From assembly GCF_058153355.1 (NCBI RefSeq), contig NZ_CM177019.1: 64,000 bases of DNA; one strand, given 5' to 3'. The position numbers were made by a program, and so were the translations under genes. Below are positions 29,468 to 41,637 of this stretch, in pieces. Below the pieces are notes generated by a model that had not been told where the DNA came from, searched no databases, and saw nothing but the letters and a program-made list of their open reading frames with translations. Within the stretch, counting starts at the first letter, position 1. The number at the start of each line of letters is the position of its first letter.

Positions 29468-29650
29468 CATTGCCGGATGCGATGCTGACGCATCTTATCC
29501 GGCCTACAGGTGCCACCTTCCGAAGGTCGGATAAGGCGTTTATGTCGCATCCGACTGTCATTGCCGGATGCGATGTTGACACATCTTATCCAGCATACAG
29601 GTGCCATCTTTCGTAGGTCGGATAAGGCGTTTATGCCGCATCCGACTGTC
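29468..29650. repeat. BIME: tandem duplication of a roughly 90-bp unit containing paired REP elements
   Basis: cattgccggatgcgatg(c/t)tgac(g/a)catcttatcc...gtcggataaggcgtttatg(t/c)cgcatccgactgtc occurs twice in direct tandem between ybaL and gsk. Confidence 0.8.
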
Positions 29651-29664
29651 ATCAGTCCGATAAC

Positions 29665-30969
29665 TTAACGATCCCAGTAAGACTCTTCCAGACTGTCTTC
29701 ACGCTCCGGTAAGCCGCGCGTTAAACGAGGTGAATGCTGGTTCAGTACCTGATAGCTCACACGGTTAGCATATTTACACACCTGCGCTAACGATGAATAA
29801 GTCAGCCAGGTGAATTTATGTTTGCTGGAGTTTGGTACGTTGCTACGGTGGTAGCTGTTGGCGGTAATGTCATGCAGCAATGCTGCCAGTGCGCCATCCC
29901 CGGCACCGTTGGTGTTCATGATCTTTTCCGGCCCGCCCATGTACGGCGCAATGTGAGAATAGACGCGCAGCGGGTTCTGGCAATCTTTATGGCGCATGGC
30001 GCGGCTAAACTCATACTGGTTAAATTCCGCTATAGCGCCCGGCAGCAGCGGATGCTGGGTTTTACGTTTCGCTTCGTCTTCAGTAAAGCCCGCCATATAC
30101 AAGCCGATTGGCCCGGCGGTGCACAGCACCAGATCAACCCAGTCCAGCGCCTTGTCAGATGCCAACAACGGATCGCTTTCTCCGGTCAACGCTTCGGCCT
30201 CATCTTCGTTCATCGCAAGGATAGAGACGTGATCTTTGAGGAATTGCTGCCACCACTGCGGATTCTCGGCAATGACAAACTTGGTGCCCAGCGTCAGCAC
30301 CACCGGTACGTTATATTTCGTCGCGTACTCAATGGCTTTCATGGTTGCTTCCGGCATGGGTTCACCCGGCTTACAACGCACCAGATAAGAAGTGAGAACC
30401 AGTGCCGAGGCTCCGGCAATCACATCTTCCGGAATACTTTCAGCCCGCAGCTGGTTCATGTGGCCAGGGCTGATAGCAAAGGTACGTTCCCCGGACTCGC
30501 CAATCAGGGTAAAGCAGCGACCAATCGGGCCGTCCACGCCTTGCAGATAGTTAAGATCGGTACGGCTGGAGGTGTTACACAGGTAACGATAGGCATAGCT
30601 GCCAATTTCAATATTGCTGCACATGACGCCCAGCAGCACCGAACGGTCGTCCGCGAGCACCGAGTAGTTGTGCATGGTGTTACCAATGGTGCCACCCGCA
30701 AACTGGTGAGTAATCAGGTTTTTCTGTTTCAGCTCCTGATAAAGTGCTTCGGCAACATCATCCTCAATCACCAGTGAATGCCCGGCGCTTAATCCATAAC
30801 GCTCAATGAACTCATCATCCACTTTCGCTTCAATATCGACCAGCGTTTGATCGATACCCACTACCCAGGCAGCGCTGGTTTCGTTTTCTGGCTGGAATTG
30901 CTGAAGCAGCGGATCGCGTGCGTTTACGGGAAAATAATGTTTGGATTTACGTTTGCCGGGAAATTTCAT
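29665..30969 (-). CDS. gsk: Inosine-guanosine kinase
   Basis: 434-aa ORF, PfkB-family sequence; Gsk recall. Confidence 0.96.
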   Translation of the reverse strand: MKFPGKRKSKHYFPVNARDPLLQQFQPENETSAAWVVGIDQTLVDIEAKVDDEFIERYGLSAGHSLVIEDDVAEALYQELKQKNLITHQFAGGTIGNTMHNYSVLADDRSVLLGVMCSNIEIGSYAYRYLCNTSSRTDLNYLQGVDGPIGRCFTLIGESGERTFAISPGHMNQLRAESIPEDVIAGASALVLTSYLVRCKPGEPMPEATMKAIEYATKYNVPVVLTLGTKFVIAENPQWWQQFLKDHVSILAMNEDEAEALTGESDPLLASDKALDWVDLVLCTAGPIGLYMAGFTEDEAKRKTQHPLLPGAIAEFNQYEFSRAMRHKDCQNPLRVYSHIAPYMGGPEKIMNTNGAGDGALAALLHDITANSYHRSNVPNSSKHKFTWLTYSSLAQVCKYANRVSYQVLNQHSPRLTRGLPEREDSLEESYWDR

Positions 30970-31120
30970 GGTTGTTTTTACGGGTGGTTAACTGAGCGGC
31001 GAATGTTAACACAATCAGACGGGAGCGCGCGAGACGCAGCCAGTTTCAATATCAGCAGGCGGGATCGCATTTTCATGGCAGTGGTTCCTTACAATGACGT
31101 AATTTGAAAGGAGTTTTTGC

Positions 31121-32080
31121 ATGAAGCCGGAAAACAAATTACCCGTTCTGGACCTTATTTCTGCTGAAATGAAGACCGTTGTGAATACTCTTCAGCCGGA
31201 TTTACCGCCCTGGCCCGCAACGGGAACGATTGCTGAGCAACGACAGTATTACACACTTGAGCGCCGATTCTGGAATGCGGGCGCTCCAGAAATGGCAACC
31301 AGCGCTTACATGGTTCCCACACCTTATGGTCAGGTCGAGACTCGCCTCTACTCACCCAAAAGTCACAGCCCAGCGACACTATTTTATCTGCATGGTGGTG
31401 GTTTTATTCTCGGCAATCTTGATACCCACGATCGGATTATGCGACTGCTGGCAAATTACACCCAATGTACAGTGATTGGTATTGCTTACACTCTTTCGCC
31501 GGAAGCACGTTTTCCGCAGGCAATAGAGGAAATTGTGGCTGCCTGTTGCCACTTCCACCAGCAGGCAGAGGATTATCAAATCAATATGTCACGCATTGGT
31601 TTTGCTGGTGATTCTGCAGGCGCAATGCTGGCGCTCGCCGGTGCGTTGTGGTTACGTGATAAACAGATAGATTGCGGTGAAGTTGCGGGCGTTTTGCTGT
31701 GGTATGGGCTTTACGGATTACGGGATTCCGTGACTCGTCGTCTGTTGGGCGGTGTTTGGGATGGCTTAACGCAAGAGGATTTACAGATGTATGAAGAGGC
31801 GTATTTAAGCAACGACGCTGACCGCGAGTCGCCGTATTACTGCCTGTTTAATAATGATCTCACTCGTGAGGTTCCGCCCTGTTTTATTGCCGGAGCGGAG
31901 TTCGATCCGCTGCTGGATGACAGCCGTCTGCTTTACCAGACGTTAGCGGCGCATCAGCAGCCCTGTGAGTTCAAACTCTACCCAGGCACGCTGCACGCCT
32001 TTTTGCATTATTCACGGATGATGAAAGCCGCCGACGAGGCTCTTCGCGACGGCGCTCAGTTCTTTACCGCTCAGCTTTAG
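31121..32080 (+). CDS. aes: Acetyl esterase
   Basis: 319-aa ORF with HGGG oxyanion motif and GDSAG nucleophile elbow; 3' end overlaps the convergent hemH by 4 nt. Confidence 0.95.
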   Translation: MKPENKLPVLDLISAEMKTVVNTLQPDLPPWPATGTIAEQRQYYTLERRFWNAGAPEMATSAYMVPTPYGQVETRLYSPKSHSPATLFYLHGGGFILGNLDTHDRIMRLLANYTQCTVIGIAYTLSPEARFPQAIEEIVAACCHFHQQAEDYQINMSRIGFAGDSAGAMLALAGALWLRDKQIDCGEVAGVLLWYGLYGLRDSVTRRLLGGVWDGLTQEDLQMYEEAYLSNDADRESPYYCLFNNDLTREVPPCFIAGAEFDPLLDDSRLLYQTLAAHQQPCEFKLYPGTLHAFLHYSRMMKAADEALRDGAQFFTAQL

Positions 32081-33039
32081 CGATACGCGGCAACAAGATT
32101 AGCCATCATTTCGATATGTTCCGGTGTGGCATTAAGCGCCGGAATATATTCGTATTTTTTCCCGCCCGCACCGAGGAAGACCTCACGGTTTTGCTCGGCA
32201 ATCTCTTCCAGCGTCTCCAGACAATCTGCAGCAAAGCCCGGGCACATCACCTGAATATGACCTACGCCTTTTTCTCCGAGCATTTTCAGTGTTTCGTCGG
32301 TATAAGGCATCAACCAGGGTTCCCGACCAAAGCGTGACTGATAGGTCATCATCACTTTTTCCGGTGCCATCCCCAGCGCGGAAGCCAGTTCGCGAGTCGT
32401 TGTGCGACAACGTTGCGGGTAATCATCGCCTTCATCGGCATAACGCTGGGGAATACCGTGATAAGAGAGCAGCACTAGATCAGGTTCGCCATGTTTAGCA
32501 AAAGAAGCACGTACGCTGTTCGCCAGTGCATTAATGTAATCGTGATTATCGGCGTAATCACGAATAAACGATATCCCCGGAACGCTACGTTTGCGCGCCA
32601 GAATGCGTGCCAGCTCATCCCATACCGCACCGACCGTTGAACAGGAGTATTGCGGATAAAGCGGCAGCACCACGATATGATCTACATGTTCTGCCAGTAG
32701 TTCATCTACGGCGCTTTCCAGTGATGGCGAGCCGTAGCTCATTCCCAGCGCTACGGGCGTCTCCGGTAAACGTTGTGCCAGCGCCTGCTGTTGCTGGCGG
32801 CTGTAAACCATCAGTGGCGAGCCACCTTCCATCCAGACAGAGGCATACAACTTCGCCACACGCGGCGAGCGCAGCGGCAAAATCACGCCGCGCAGCAACG
32901 GCCACCACAACAGCCGTGAGGTATCAACCACGCGTCTGTCGCTTAAAAATTGTTTCAGGTAGCGTTTTACCGCTTCAGGAGTGGGGGCATCGGGTGTACC
33001 CAGGTTTGCCAGCAGAATACCGGTTTTAGTTTGACGCAT
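32077..33039 (-). CDS. hemH: Ferrochelatase
   Basis: 320-aa ORF, ferrochelatase sequence recall. Confidence 0.96.
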   Translation of the reverse strand: MRQTKTGILLANLGTPDAPTPEAVKRYLKQFLSDRRVVDTSRLLWWPLLRGVILPLRSPRVAKLYASVWMEGGSPLMVYSRQQQQALAQRLPETPVALGMSYGSPSLESAVDELLAEHVDHIVVLPLYPQYSCSTVGAVWDELARILARKRSVPGISFIRDYADNHDYINALANSVRASFAKHGEPDLVLLSYHGIPQRYADEGDDYPQRCRTTTRELASALGMAPEKVMMTYQSRFGREPWLMPYTDETLKMLGEKGVGHIQVMCPGFAADCLETLEEIAEQNREVFLGAGGKKYEYIPALNATPEHIEMMANLVAAYR

Positions 33040-33190
33040 TACCGCCTCTTATCGATTCAACTTGTTGATAATTGTAGCGGAAAAGTGAAGAAGAAGAACT
33101 AATTGCTGTGAGAGGCTAAATCAGAAAATATCATAAGGCGCTGTATCTTTAATGAGAGATTTTTGCCAGCGCCAGATTTTCCAGAAGGTG

Positions 33191-33694
33191 CTATTGCGTC
33201 ACGGGGGTACCATTGACGTTAAGTGTATATGGCCAGATTAAATTTGATGCCCTACCACACATTGGTGTAGGCGTTCTGAAAGTGGTCCTGATCGTATACT
33301 CTCCGGCTTTCTGGGGAGTGCCTGAAAATTTTACCCACGCCTCTTCGGTCAGAGAATCTGTATTCTTTTTCAGAAACTCTGCATTTTCTTCCGTGATGGG
33401 GAAAAGTTCACCCTCTTTGTTTTTTGCCCACAATGACATTTGTATGCCTTCAGGCAAAGTTTCAGGCTTTTCGGGACGAATGTCCGGGGCTTCATACCAA
33501 CTTATGGTCGTTTTTACGACGGTTTCGTAATACTGGCCCACCTGAGCATCAGGAAGCTCTTGTTTTTCATTAACTTTATCATTACTTGTAACATGAGAAA
33601 GAGCTACACCGACGTAACACATAGGCATTTCACACCCTGTCAGCAATGACGCAAGCAATAAAATACCTGTTGGTAATAAACAGCGATAACGCAT
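33191..33694 (-). CDS. Small predicted lipoprotein with one putative Ig-like (He_PIG-like) domain; not part of K-12 adk-hemH spacing as recalled
   Basis: Preferred start is the internal Met at 33694 (MRYRCLLPTGILLLASLLTGC, lipobox LTGC, AAGGA about 8 nt upstream); the longer ORF-track start at 33763 lies inside a REP element. Mature part contains LPEGI...SGTPQKAGEYTIRTTF. Visibly AT-richer than flanking genes (not computed). Confidence 0.6.
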   Translation of the reverse strand: MRYRCLLPTGILLLASLLTGCEMPMCYVGVALSHVTSNDKVNEKQELPDAQVGQYYETVVKTTISWYEAPDIRPEKPETLPEGIQMSLWAKNKEGELFPITEENAEFLKKNTDSLTEEAWVKFSGTPQKAGEYTIRTTFRTPTPMCGRASNLIWPYTLNVNGTPVTQ

Positions 33695-33760
33695 ATTTAC
33701 GTCCTTGTTAAAGGCCGGAAGCGTATCCAGCCTCCAGTTGCTGGCAAAGTGCGCTTTGTT

Positions 33761-33820
33761 CATGCCGGATGCGGCGCGAACGCCTTATCCGGCCTACAAA
33801 CTGACAAGTTTGTAGGCCTG
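33761..33820. repeat. REP element pair between the lipoprotein gene and adk
   Basis: catgccggatgcggcgcgaacgccttatccggcctacaaactgacaagtttgtaggcctg. Confidence 0.7.
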
Positions 33821-33875
33821 TTCCCCTCACCCTCTCCCCGAAGGAGCGAAGGGACTGTCCGTGCGCGCTTTCGAA

Positions 33876-34592
<717 letters not shown>

Positions 34593-34700
34593 TCAAGAAA
34601 GGCACCTGAGGCTGAAACGGTTAATGGCGAGATAATTTGCGGAAAGGACAGATGATGAAAAGAAAAATGCCGGATGACACGAGGGTCATCCGGCATTACA

Positions 34701-36575
34701 TCAGGAAACCAGCAGCTGGTTCATACGACGAATAAACAGGTTCGGATCTTCCAGCGTACCGCGCTCTGCCAGCAGCGCCTGATCCAACAGTAATTCTACC
34801 CACTCGCTGAACTTCGCTTCATCTTCAGTATCTGCCGCACGTTTCACCAGTACGTGATCCGGGTTCAGTTCGAAGATGTATTTCACTTCTGGTACTTTCT
34901 GGCCCGCCGCAGCGAACAGTTTCGCCATCTGGGTGCTCATTTCGTCCGCGTCGGTAGAGACAATCGCTGGCGTATCAGTCAGACGGTGAGTCAGACGGAC
35001 ATCTTTCACGCGCTCGCCGAGCAGGGCTTTCACACGGTCGATGAACGGAGTCAGTGCTTTCTCCGCTTCTTTCGCGCTCTCATCAACTTCGTCAGCCAGT
35101 TTTTCCAGCGACTCGTCAACTTTAGACACAGACTGGAACGGTTTACCGTCAAACTCAGTCAGATAGTTCATCATCCACTCATCGATGCGGTCGGAAAGCA
35201 GCAGAACTTCGATGCCTTTCTTACGCAGCAGTTCCAGGTGCGGGCTGCTCTTCGCTGCCGCATAGCTGTCTGCGGTGATGTAGTAGATTTTCTCCTGCCC
35301 TTCTTTCATGCGGGAAACGTAGTCTTCCAGAGACACGGTCTGCGCAGAAGAGTCGGTATGGGTAGAAGCAAACCGCAGCAGTTTGGCGATCGCTTCCTGG
35401 TTAGCGAAATCTTCCGCCGGACCTTCTTTCAGTACCAGGCCAAACTGTTGCCAGAAGGTCTGGTATTTTTCCGCGTCATCTTTCGCCAGTTTTTCCAGCA
35501 TTTGCAGTACACGCTTGGTCAGCGCATTGCGCAGGTTGCGGGTTACGGTGCTGTCCTGGAGGATTTCACGGGAAACGTTCAGCGGCAGATCGCTGGAGTC
35601 AATCAGACCACGCACGAAGCGCAGATAGTTCGGCATGAACTGTTCTGCGTCGTCCATGATGAACACACGCTGAACATACAGTTTCAGGCCGTGTTTATGA
35701 TCGCGGTTCCACATATCCCACGGTGCCTGCGACGGAATATACAGCAGGCTGGTGTACTCCTGCTTACCTTCAACGCGGTTGTGGCTCCAGGTCAGCGGAT
35801 CGTTAAAGTCGTGGGCGATGTGTTTGTAGAACTCTTTGTACTCTTCGTCGGTGATTTCCGACTTGTTACGGGTCCACAGAGCCTGCGCTTTGTTGATTTT
35901 CTCCCAGGAAATAACGGTTTCGCCGTCTTTCTCTTCGCGTTTTTCGATCTCTACCGGCAGCGCGATATGGTCGGAGTATTTGCTGATGATAGAGCGCACG
36001 CGCCAGTCATCGAGGAACTCGTCTTCGCCTTCACGCAGATGCAGGGTGATTTCAGTACCACGATCTTCTTTGGTGATGTCGGCAACGGTGTATTCACCTT
36101 CACCCGCCGATTCCCAGAACACGCCGTTTTCTGGTTTTTCGCCTGCCGCGCGAGTACGCACGGTCACTTTGTCGGCCACGATAAACGCAGAGTAGAAACC
36201 AACACCGAACTGACCGATCAGCTGGCTGTCTTTCGCCTGGTCAGAACCCAAGGATTCGAGGAATGATTTGGTGCCGGATTTAGCGATAGTCCCCAGATGG
36301 TCAATTACTTCGTCGCGGGTCATCCCCACGCCGTTGTCGGAAATGGTCAGCGTGCGCTTGTCTTTATTGAAAGAAACACGAACGCGCAGTTCGCCATCAC
36401 CTTCGTACAGGTCCGGATTAGAGAGCGCACGGAAACGCAGCTTGTCCGCCGCATCGGAGGCGTTAGAGATAAGCTCACGCAGGAAGATTTCTTTATTGGA
36501 ATAGAGAGAATGGATCATCAGGTGCAGAAGCTGTTTCACTTCTGACTGAAAACCACGAGTTTCTTGTCCTTTCAT
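34701..36575 (-). CDS. htpG: Hsp90-family chaperone HtpG
   Basis: 624-aa ORF, GHKL ATPase N-terminus ([18 protein letters not shown]). Confidence 0.97.
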   Translation of the reverse strand: MKGQETRGFQSEVKQLLHLMIHSLYSNKEIFLRELISNASDAADKLRFRALSNPDLYEGDGELRVRVSFNKDKRTLTISDNGVGMTRDEVIDHLGTIAKSGTKSFLESLGSDQAKDSQLIGQFGVGFYSAFIVADKVTVRTRAAGEKPENGVFWESAGEGEYTVADITKEDRGTEITLHLREGEDEFLDDWRVRSIISKYSDHIALPVEIEKREEKDGETVISWEKINKAQALWTRNKSEITDEEYKEFYKHIAHDFNDPLTWSHNRVEGKQEYTSLLYIPSQAPWDMWNRDHKHGLKLYVQRVFIMDDAEQFMPNYLRFVRGLIDSSDLPLNVSREILQDSTVTRNLRNALTKRVLQMLEKLAKDDAEKYQTFWQQFGLVLKEGPAEDFANQEAIAKLLRFASTHTDSSAQTVSLEDYVSRMKEGQEKIYYITADSYAAAKSSPHLELLRKKGIEVLLLSDRIDEWMMNYLTEFDGKPFQSVSKVDESLEKLADEVDESAKEAEKALTPFIDRVKALLGERVKDVRLTHRLTDTPAIVSTDADEMSTQMAKLFAAAGQKVPEVKYIFELNPDHVLVKRAADTEDEAKFSEWVELLLDQALLAERGTLEDPNLFIRRMNQLLVS

Positions 36576-36626
36576 GTAGGTCTACCTCAATAATGCCATT
36601 TTAAGGTTAAAAACAGGATGAGGGAG

Positions 36627-36655
36627 AGATGGGGACAAGGGAGAATAATTTCAAG
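36627..36655 (-). promoter_or_regulatory. Sigma-32 (heat-shock) promoter of htpG
   Basis: Minus strand reads CTTGAAA (-35, 36649-36655), 14-bp spacer, CCCCATCT (-10, 36627-36634), about 50 bp upstream of the htpG ATG. Confidence 0.6.
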
Positions 36656-36684
36656 CGAGAGCAGGTGATCCTGCTCTCGTTTGC

Positions 36685-37289
36685 TTAAAAACGAATCTTA
36701 TGACGCCCGGCAAGGGAGTGTGACAGCGTGGTGCCATCGACCATTTCCAGCTCGCCGCCAACCGGTACGCCATGAGCGATTCGGCTGGCTTCCACGTCAT
36801 ATTGCGCGCAAAGCTCGGCAATGTAGTTAGCGGTAGCTTCACCTTCAACCGTGGGGTTGGTGGCGAGGATCACTTCAGTGATTTTTTCCTCTGCCAGACG
36901 CTGTTCCAGACGATCAAGGCCGATATCATCCGGACCGATGCCGTCCAGCGGTGACAGATGTCCCATCAACACAAAATAACGACCTGAAAACTGCCCCGTC
37001 TGCTCAATGGCGTAAATGTCCGCCGGACTCTCCACCACGCAGATTTGACCGTTTTCCTGACGACGCGGATTCGAACAGATGTTACAGACTTCCTGTTCGG
37101 TGAAGGTGCGGCAATCGGCGCAGTGGCCGATTTCCGACATCGCCCGGGTGAGCGCCTGCGCCAGACGCATCCCGCCGCTACGATCGCGCTGAAGCAGCGT
37201 GAACGCCATACGCTGCGCCGACTTCGGGCCAACGCCCGGCAGACAGCGCAGTGCTTCCATAAGCTGTGTTAACAGCGGGCTGGTTTGCA

Positions 37290-37290
<1 letters not shown>
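36685..37290 (-). CDS. recR: Recombination protein RecR
   Basis: 201-aa ORF with C4 zinc finger ([16 protein letters not shown]) and Toprim region. Confidence 0.96.
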
Positions 37291-37634
<344 letters not shown>

Positions 37635-37671
37635 TCACGTTAAGGATGACGAACGTAAGCTGTGCTTACGA

Positions 37672-39603
37672 TCAAATGGGGCGGATACTTTCTTCATCCA
37701 GCTCCGCATCGAAGAATCGACGCAGGGTCTGAATATTATTATCCGCAATAATGGACTCGCGCGCCTGCGCAAGTTTTTCTTCGTATATCGCCTGACGCCA
37801 TTCCAGCGGCGTGCGCACCGCGGGATTATCATCTTCAACGATAGTCAGTTCAACCGTTGAACCTTTTAACGTGCTCAACGCTTCAGCCAGTTTTTGCTGT
37901 GCACCGCGGTTGTTTAAATGCCGCTGAGAGGAGCGCAAATGCAGACATACTGCGTTGTCGCTCTCCTCTTTCCAGGCATTTAACGCCACCTGTTCAACCA
38001 GTTTTGGTAGCGAAAGTTGGCTCACCTGTGCCGCCCAAGGATCGCGCTCAATGGCTTCTGCCGCCAGCTTTGCCGCCAGTTCCGGCGTTTTTTCATGTTC
38101 CAGCGCTTTTTTTAGCGCCTTCGGCGTGGCGACCACTTCTTTTTGCTGCATCACTGGAGTGGTAGCCTTCCAGCGATACGCTTCTTTTTTGGCTGGTGCT
38201 TTTTCCAGCGCCGATGGCACCGGACGCGCCTGAACGCGATCGGTGACCGAAGCCAGTCTTTCCAGCGCAGCGTTATTCACCGGCCGCGCGCGGGTAGCGG
38301 CTGCCGGTTCACTCTTTTTTGCTTTGGTTGCTCCCTGCACGCGCTGCAACTGCTGGCGCGCCGCCAGCACCTGGCTGGTGGTTTCCGGGAGCGGTACAGT
38401 CGGTGCCTGCTGCGGCGCTGATTGCGGTTGCGGCGGCACCTGGGTTGGCGTCATTACAGCCGTTGGCGCGACGGGCGCAAAGGACTGGCGTGGCACTTCT
38501 GGCTCAGGCAGCGGCATACGCGGATGGAACGCCAGCGCGCGAAGCAGCGTCATCTCAACACCCATACGGCGGTCTGGCGCATACGGTAATTCTTTGCGAC
38601 CAATCAACAGCGTCTGGTAGTAAAGCTGAATATCCGTCGGCGGTATGGTGCGCGCCAGTTCACGCATCCGCAGCTCGATAGCGGCCATGTCGTTGCCCAG
38701 CGCAGCAGGGGAAAGTTGCACCATTGCAATGCGGTGCAACAGGCCGAGCATTTCTACCAGCAACGCTTCCCACTCAATACCACGAGCGGCGGCTTCATTA
38801 ATCAGCGACATTACACGCTCGCCGTTGGCTTCAACCATCGCTTCAACCAGCGACAGCGCCTGATCGTCGTCAAGCGTACCCAGCATCGCACTGACCGCCT
38901 GGGTTGAAACCTGGCCGTCACCGCTGGCAATTGCCTGGTCGGTTAAACTTAGGGCATCTCGCAAGCTGCCTTCAGCGGCGCGCGCCAGCAGTTGCAGCGC
39001 CCGCGGCTCGTGAGCGATATGTTCTTCGTTGAGGATGTGCTCAAGCTGATGGCGAATTTGCTCGACATCCAGCGCCTTGAGATGAAATTGCAGGCAGCGT
39101 GACAAAATCGTCACCGGCAATTTCTGCGGATCGGTCGTCGCCAGCAGAAACTTGACGTGCTCCGGCGGTTCTTCAAGGGTTTTTAACAGTGCGTTAAAGC
39201 TGTGGCGCGACAGCATATGCACTTCGTCGATCAGATAAACTTTAAAACGACCACGCGCTGGCGCGTACTGGACGTTATCCAGCAGGTCGCGGGTATCTTC
39301 GACTTTGGTGCGCGAGGCGGCGTCGATTTCAATCAGATCGACAAAGCGCCCCTGCTCAATTTCACGACAGTTATCGCACACGCCGCACGGCGTCGCGGTA
39401 ATGCCGGTTTCGCAGTTTAGCCCCTTCGCCAGCAGTCGGGCGATAGAGGTTTTTCCGACGCCACGGGTGCCGGAAAAAAGATAAGCATGATGAATACGCC
39501 CTAACGACAAGCCGTTCGCCAGTGCGGTCAGCACATGTTCCTGGCCGACGACGTCAGCAAAGGTTTGTGGGCGCCATTTTCGGGCTAAGACCTGATAACT
39601 CAT
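37672..39603 (-). CDS. dnaX: DNA polymerase III subunits tau (full length) and gamma (frameshift product)
   Basis: 643-aa ORF with AAA+ motifs (GTRGVGKTS) and a C-terminal tau-specific region. Confidence 0.97.
   Translation of the reverse strand: MSYQVLARKWRPQTFADVVGQEHVLTALANGLSLGRIHHAYLFSGTRGVGKTSIARLLAKGLNCETGITATPCGVCDNCREIEQGRFVDLIEIDAASRTKVEDTRDLLDNVQYAPARGRFKVYLIDEVHMLSRHSFNALLKTLEEPPEHVKFLLATTDPQKLPVTILSRCLQFHLKALDVEQIRHQLEHILNEEHIAHEPRALQLLARAAEGSLRDALSLTDQAIASGDGQVSTQAVSAMLGTLDDDQALSLVEAMVEANGERVMSLINEAAARGIEWEALLVEMLGLLHRIAMVQLSPAALGNDMAAIELRMRELARTIPPTDIQLYYQTLLIGRKELPYAPDRRMGVEMTLLRALAFHPRMPLPEPEVPRQSFAPVAPTAVMTPTQVPPQPQSAPQQAPTVPLPETTSQVLAARQQLQRVQGATKAKKSEPAAATRARPVNNAALERLASVTDRVQARPVPSALEKAPAKKEAYRWKATTPVMQQKEVVATPKALKKALEHEKTPELAAKLAAEAIERDPWAAQVSQLSLPKLVEQVALNAWKEESDNAVCLHLRSSQRHLNNRGAQQKLAEALSTLKGSTVELTIVEDDNPAVRTPLEWRQAIYEEKLAQARESIIADNNIQTLRRFFDAELDEESIRPI
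38309..38320 (-). other. dnaX: dnaX programmed -1 frameshift site (A_AAA_AAG) with immediate -1-frame UGA, producing gamma
   Basis: Plus-strand ctttttt at 38314-38320 is the complement of AAAAAAG at codons AKK of ...GATKAKKSEPAA (0-frame verified by hand). The -1 frame reads AAA AAA GAG UGA, with the stop at plus 38309-38311. A GC-rich potential stem follows on the mRNA (plus 38281-38307). Confidence 0.85.
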
Positions 39604-39731
39604 TGGCAGGCTCTGAAACGCTGGAAGGTGGATTCACGAAGGGGTAATGCTAACACAGCCCCGTCAGAACGGCGAGGCTGAATGCACATCTTGTGCTGTC
39701 CGTAGCGTGGACAGCACAAGACTGGCGATAA

Positions 39732-40283
39732 TTAATGGCCCGGGAACGGGACAAGGCTGTAGCTGGTAATGCCCTGTTTTTCCAGACGCTGTTCGCCGCC
39801 GAGATCGAACAGGTTGATAATGAACGCAGCGTCAGCCACTTCACCACCCAGACGACGGATCAGTTTAACCGTCGCTTCGATAGTGCCGCCGGTTGCCAGC
39901 AGGTCGTCCACCACCAGAACTTTGTCGCCCGGTTTGATGGCATCAACGTGGATTTCCAGCTGATCGGTGCCGTATTCCAGATCGTAAGTTTCACTGATGG
40001 TCTCACGCGGCAGTTTGCCCGGTTTACGGACCGGTACAAAGCCAACGCCCAGACCCAGAGCTACCGGAGCGCCAAACAAGAAGCCACGCGCTTCGGTGCC
40101 GACAACTTTGGTAATGCCCGCATTTTTGTAACGCTCAACCAGCAAGTCGATGCTGAGAGCGTAAGCTTTCGGGTCTTCCAGTAAGCTGGTGACATCACGG
40201 AAAAGAATGCCGGGTTTTGGGTAGTCCTGAATGCTTTTGATGCTATTTTTGAGATACTCAAGCTGCTGTGCAGTCGCGGTCAT
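39732..40283 (-). CDS. apt: Adenine phosphoribosyltransferase
   Basis: 183 aa from the internal start [16 protein letters not shown]-binding motif [13 protein letters not shown]. Confidence 0.96.
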
Positions 40284-40435
40284 AAGTGTATGCCTGCTTG
40301 TTACGGTGGTACTCACGGCGCGTTTTAAACGTATCAAAAGTAACAGTTGTTTAACCTTTGACCGCCTGCGCCTGTGCTCGAAAACGCCAGAATGTACTGG
40401 CTGTACGCAATAATTGCAACTGCGATTGTTGTGCT

Positions 40436-40813
40436 TCAGTGCTTTTCTTGCTTTTCATCAATCACCGGAATTCGCCACATATAAAAAAGCAAACAGGCGA
40501 GAATTACCAGCAACATGATGCGCACCCATGGCATCTGGACGAACCACAGAGAAATGGCAAACGTGAGCAAAATAAGCAAAATCGCCCGCGGTTTGACGCC
40601 GCGCGGCATCGCATGATGTTTCTGCCAGAAACGTAGATAGCTGCCAAACCATGAGCGGTACAGCAACCAGGCGTGAAAGCGCGGGGAAGAACGGGCAAAG
40701 CACCAGGCCGCCAGCAGGATAAACGGCGTCGTCGGTAATACCGGTAATACCACGCCCAGCGTACCCAGCACTACCGCCAGCCAGCCAATGATGATTAAAA
40801 TGATTCGTTGCAT
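40436..40813 (-). CDS. ybaN: Inner membrane protein YbaN (DUF454)
   Basis: 125-aa hydrophobic ORF; sequence recall and position. Confidence 0.9.
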
Positions 40814-40882
40814 ATTGAGTGTTGTCAGCTTACAGAGTTGCTACTTTAGCATAACAATTATCATTTTCATTGAGGTCTTATC

Positions 40883-41410
40883 GTGAAAACCGCCCTGCTG
40901 CTGGAAAAACTGGAAGGACAGCTCGCCACGCTGCGTCAGCGTTGTGCCCCGGTAGCGCAATTTGCCACGCTAAGTGCCCGTTTTGACAGGCACCTTTTTC
41001 AGACCCGTGCGACAACACTACAGGCTTGTCTCGATGAGGCGGGCGATAATCTGGCTGCGCTTCGTCATGCGGTTGAGCAGCAACAGATGCCGCAAGTGGC
41101 CTGGCTGGCGGAACATCTGGCTGCACAACTGGAAGCCATCGCGCGTGAAGCCTCCGCCTGGTCATTGCGCGAGTGGGACAGTGCGCCACCGAAAATTGCC
41201 CGCTGGCAGCGTAAACGTATTCAGCATCAGGATTTTGAGCGGCGGCTACGTGAGATGGTAGCCGAACGTCGAGCCCGCCTGGCGCGGGTGACCGATCTCG
41301 TGGAACAACAAACGCTGCATCGTGAAGTGGAAGCCTATGAAGCGCGCCTTGCGCGGTGTCGCCATGCGCTGGAAAAAATCGAAAACAGGTTAGCGCGTTT
41401 AACCCGCTAA
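40883..41410 (+). CDS. priC: Primosomal replication protein N'' (PriC)
   Basis: 175-aa ORF; sequence recall and position. Confidence 0.92.
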   Translation: MKTALLLEKLEGQLATLRQRCAPVAQFATLSARFDRHLFQTRATTLQACLDEAGDNLAALRHAVEQQQMPQVAWLAEHLAAQLEAIAREASAWSLREWDSAPPKIARWQRKRIQHQDFERRLREMVAERRARLARVTDLVEQQTLHREVEAYEARLARCRHALEKIENRLARLTR

Positions 41411-41423
41411 CAATGGAGAGAAT

Positions 41424-41585
41424 ATGTCACTGGAAAATGCCCCTGACGATGTCAAACTGGCCGTCGATTTGATTGTGCTGCTGGAAGAAAATCAGATCCC
41501 AGCGCGCACCGTGCTGCGTGCGCTGGATATTGTAAAACGCGATTATGAAAAGAAATTAACGCGCGATGATGAGGCGGAAAAGTGA
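41424..41585 (+). CDS. ybaM: Small protein YbaM (53 aa)
   Basis: Below the ORF-track size cutoff. Hand translation gives [53 protein letters not shown]; starts 14 bp after the priC stop. Confidence 0.75.
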   Translation: MSLENAPDDVKLAVDLIVLLEENQIPARTVLRALDIVKRDYEKKLTRDDEAEK

Positions 41586-41637
41586 GAAATAAATGGGGCC
41601 GCTAAATGTCCCCTAAGATTGCGGGCAAACGCAAAAC

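Noticed and set aside
29124-29652. Minus-strand ORFs 29124-29582 and 29404-29652 at the ybaL 3' end
   Set aside because: Antisense to ybaL and running through the duplicated BIME; REP-type translation artefact.
29818-30777. 319-aa plus-strand ORF
   Set aside because: Fully antisense to gsk; Arg/His-rich low-complexity product typical of the reverse strand of a real gene.
33695-33763. Longer N-terminal extension of the lipoprotein ORF (start at 33763)
   Set aside because: That start codon lies inside a REP palindrome and precedes the signal peptide by 23 residues; the internal Met at 33694 gives a canonical lipoprotein signal with an RBS.
34854-36266. 470-aa plus-strand ORF
   Set aside because: Fully antisense to htpG, whose own reading frame is unambiguous; the product is low-complexity.
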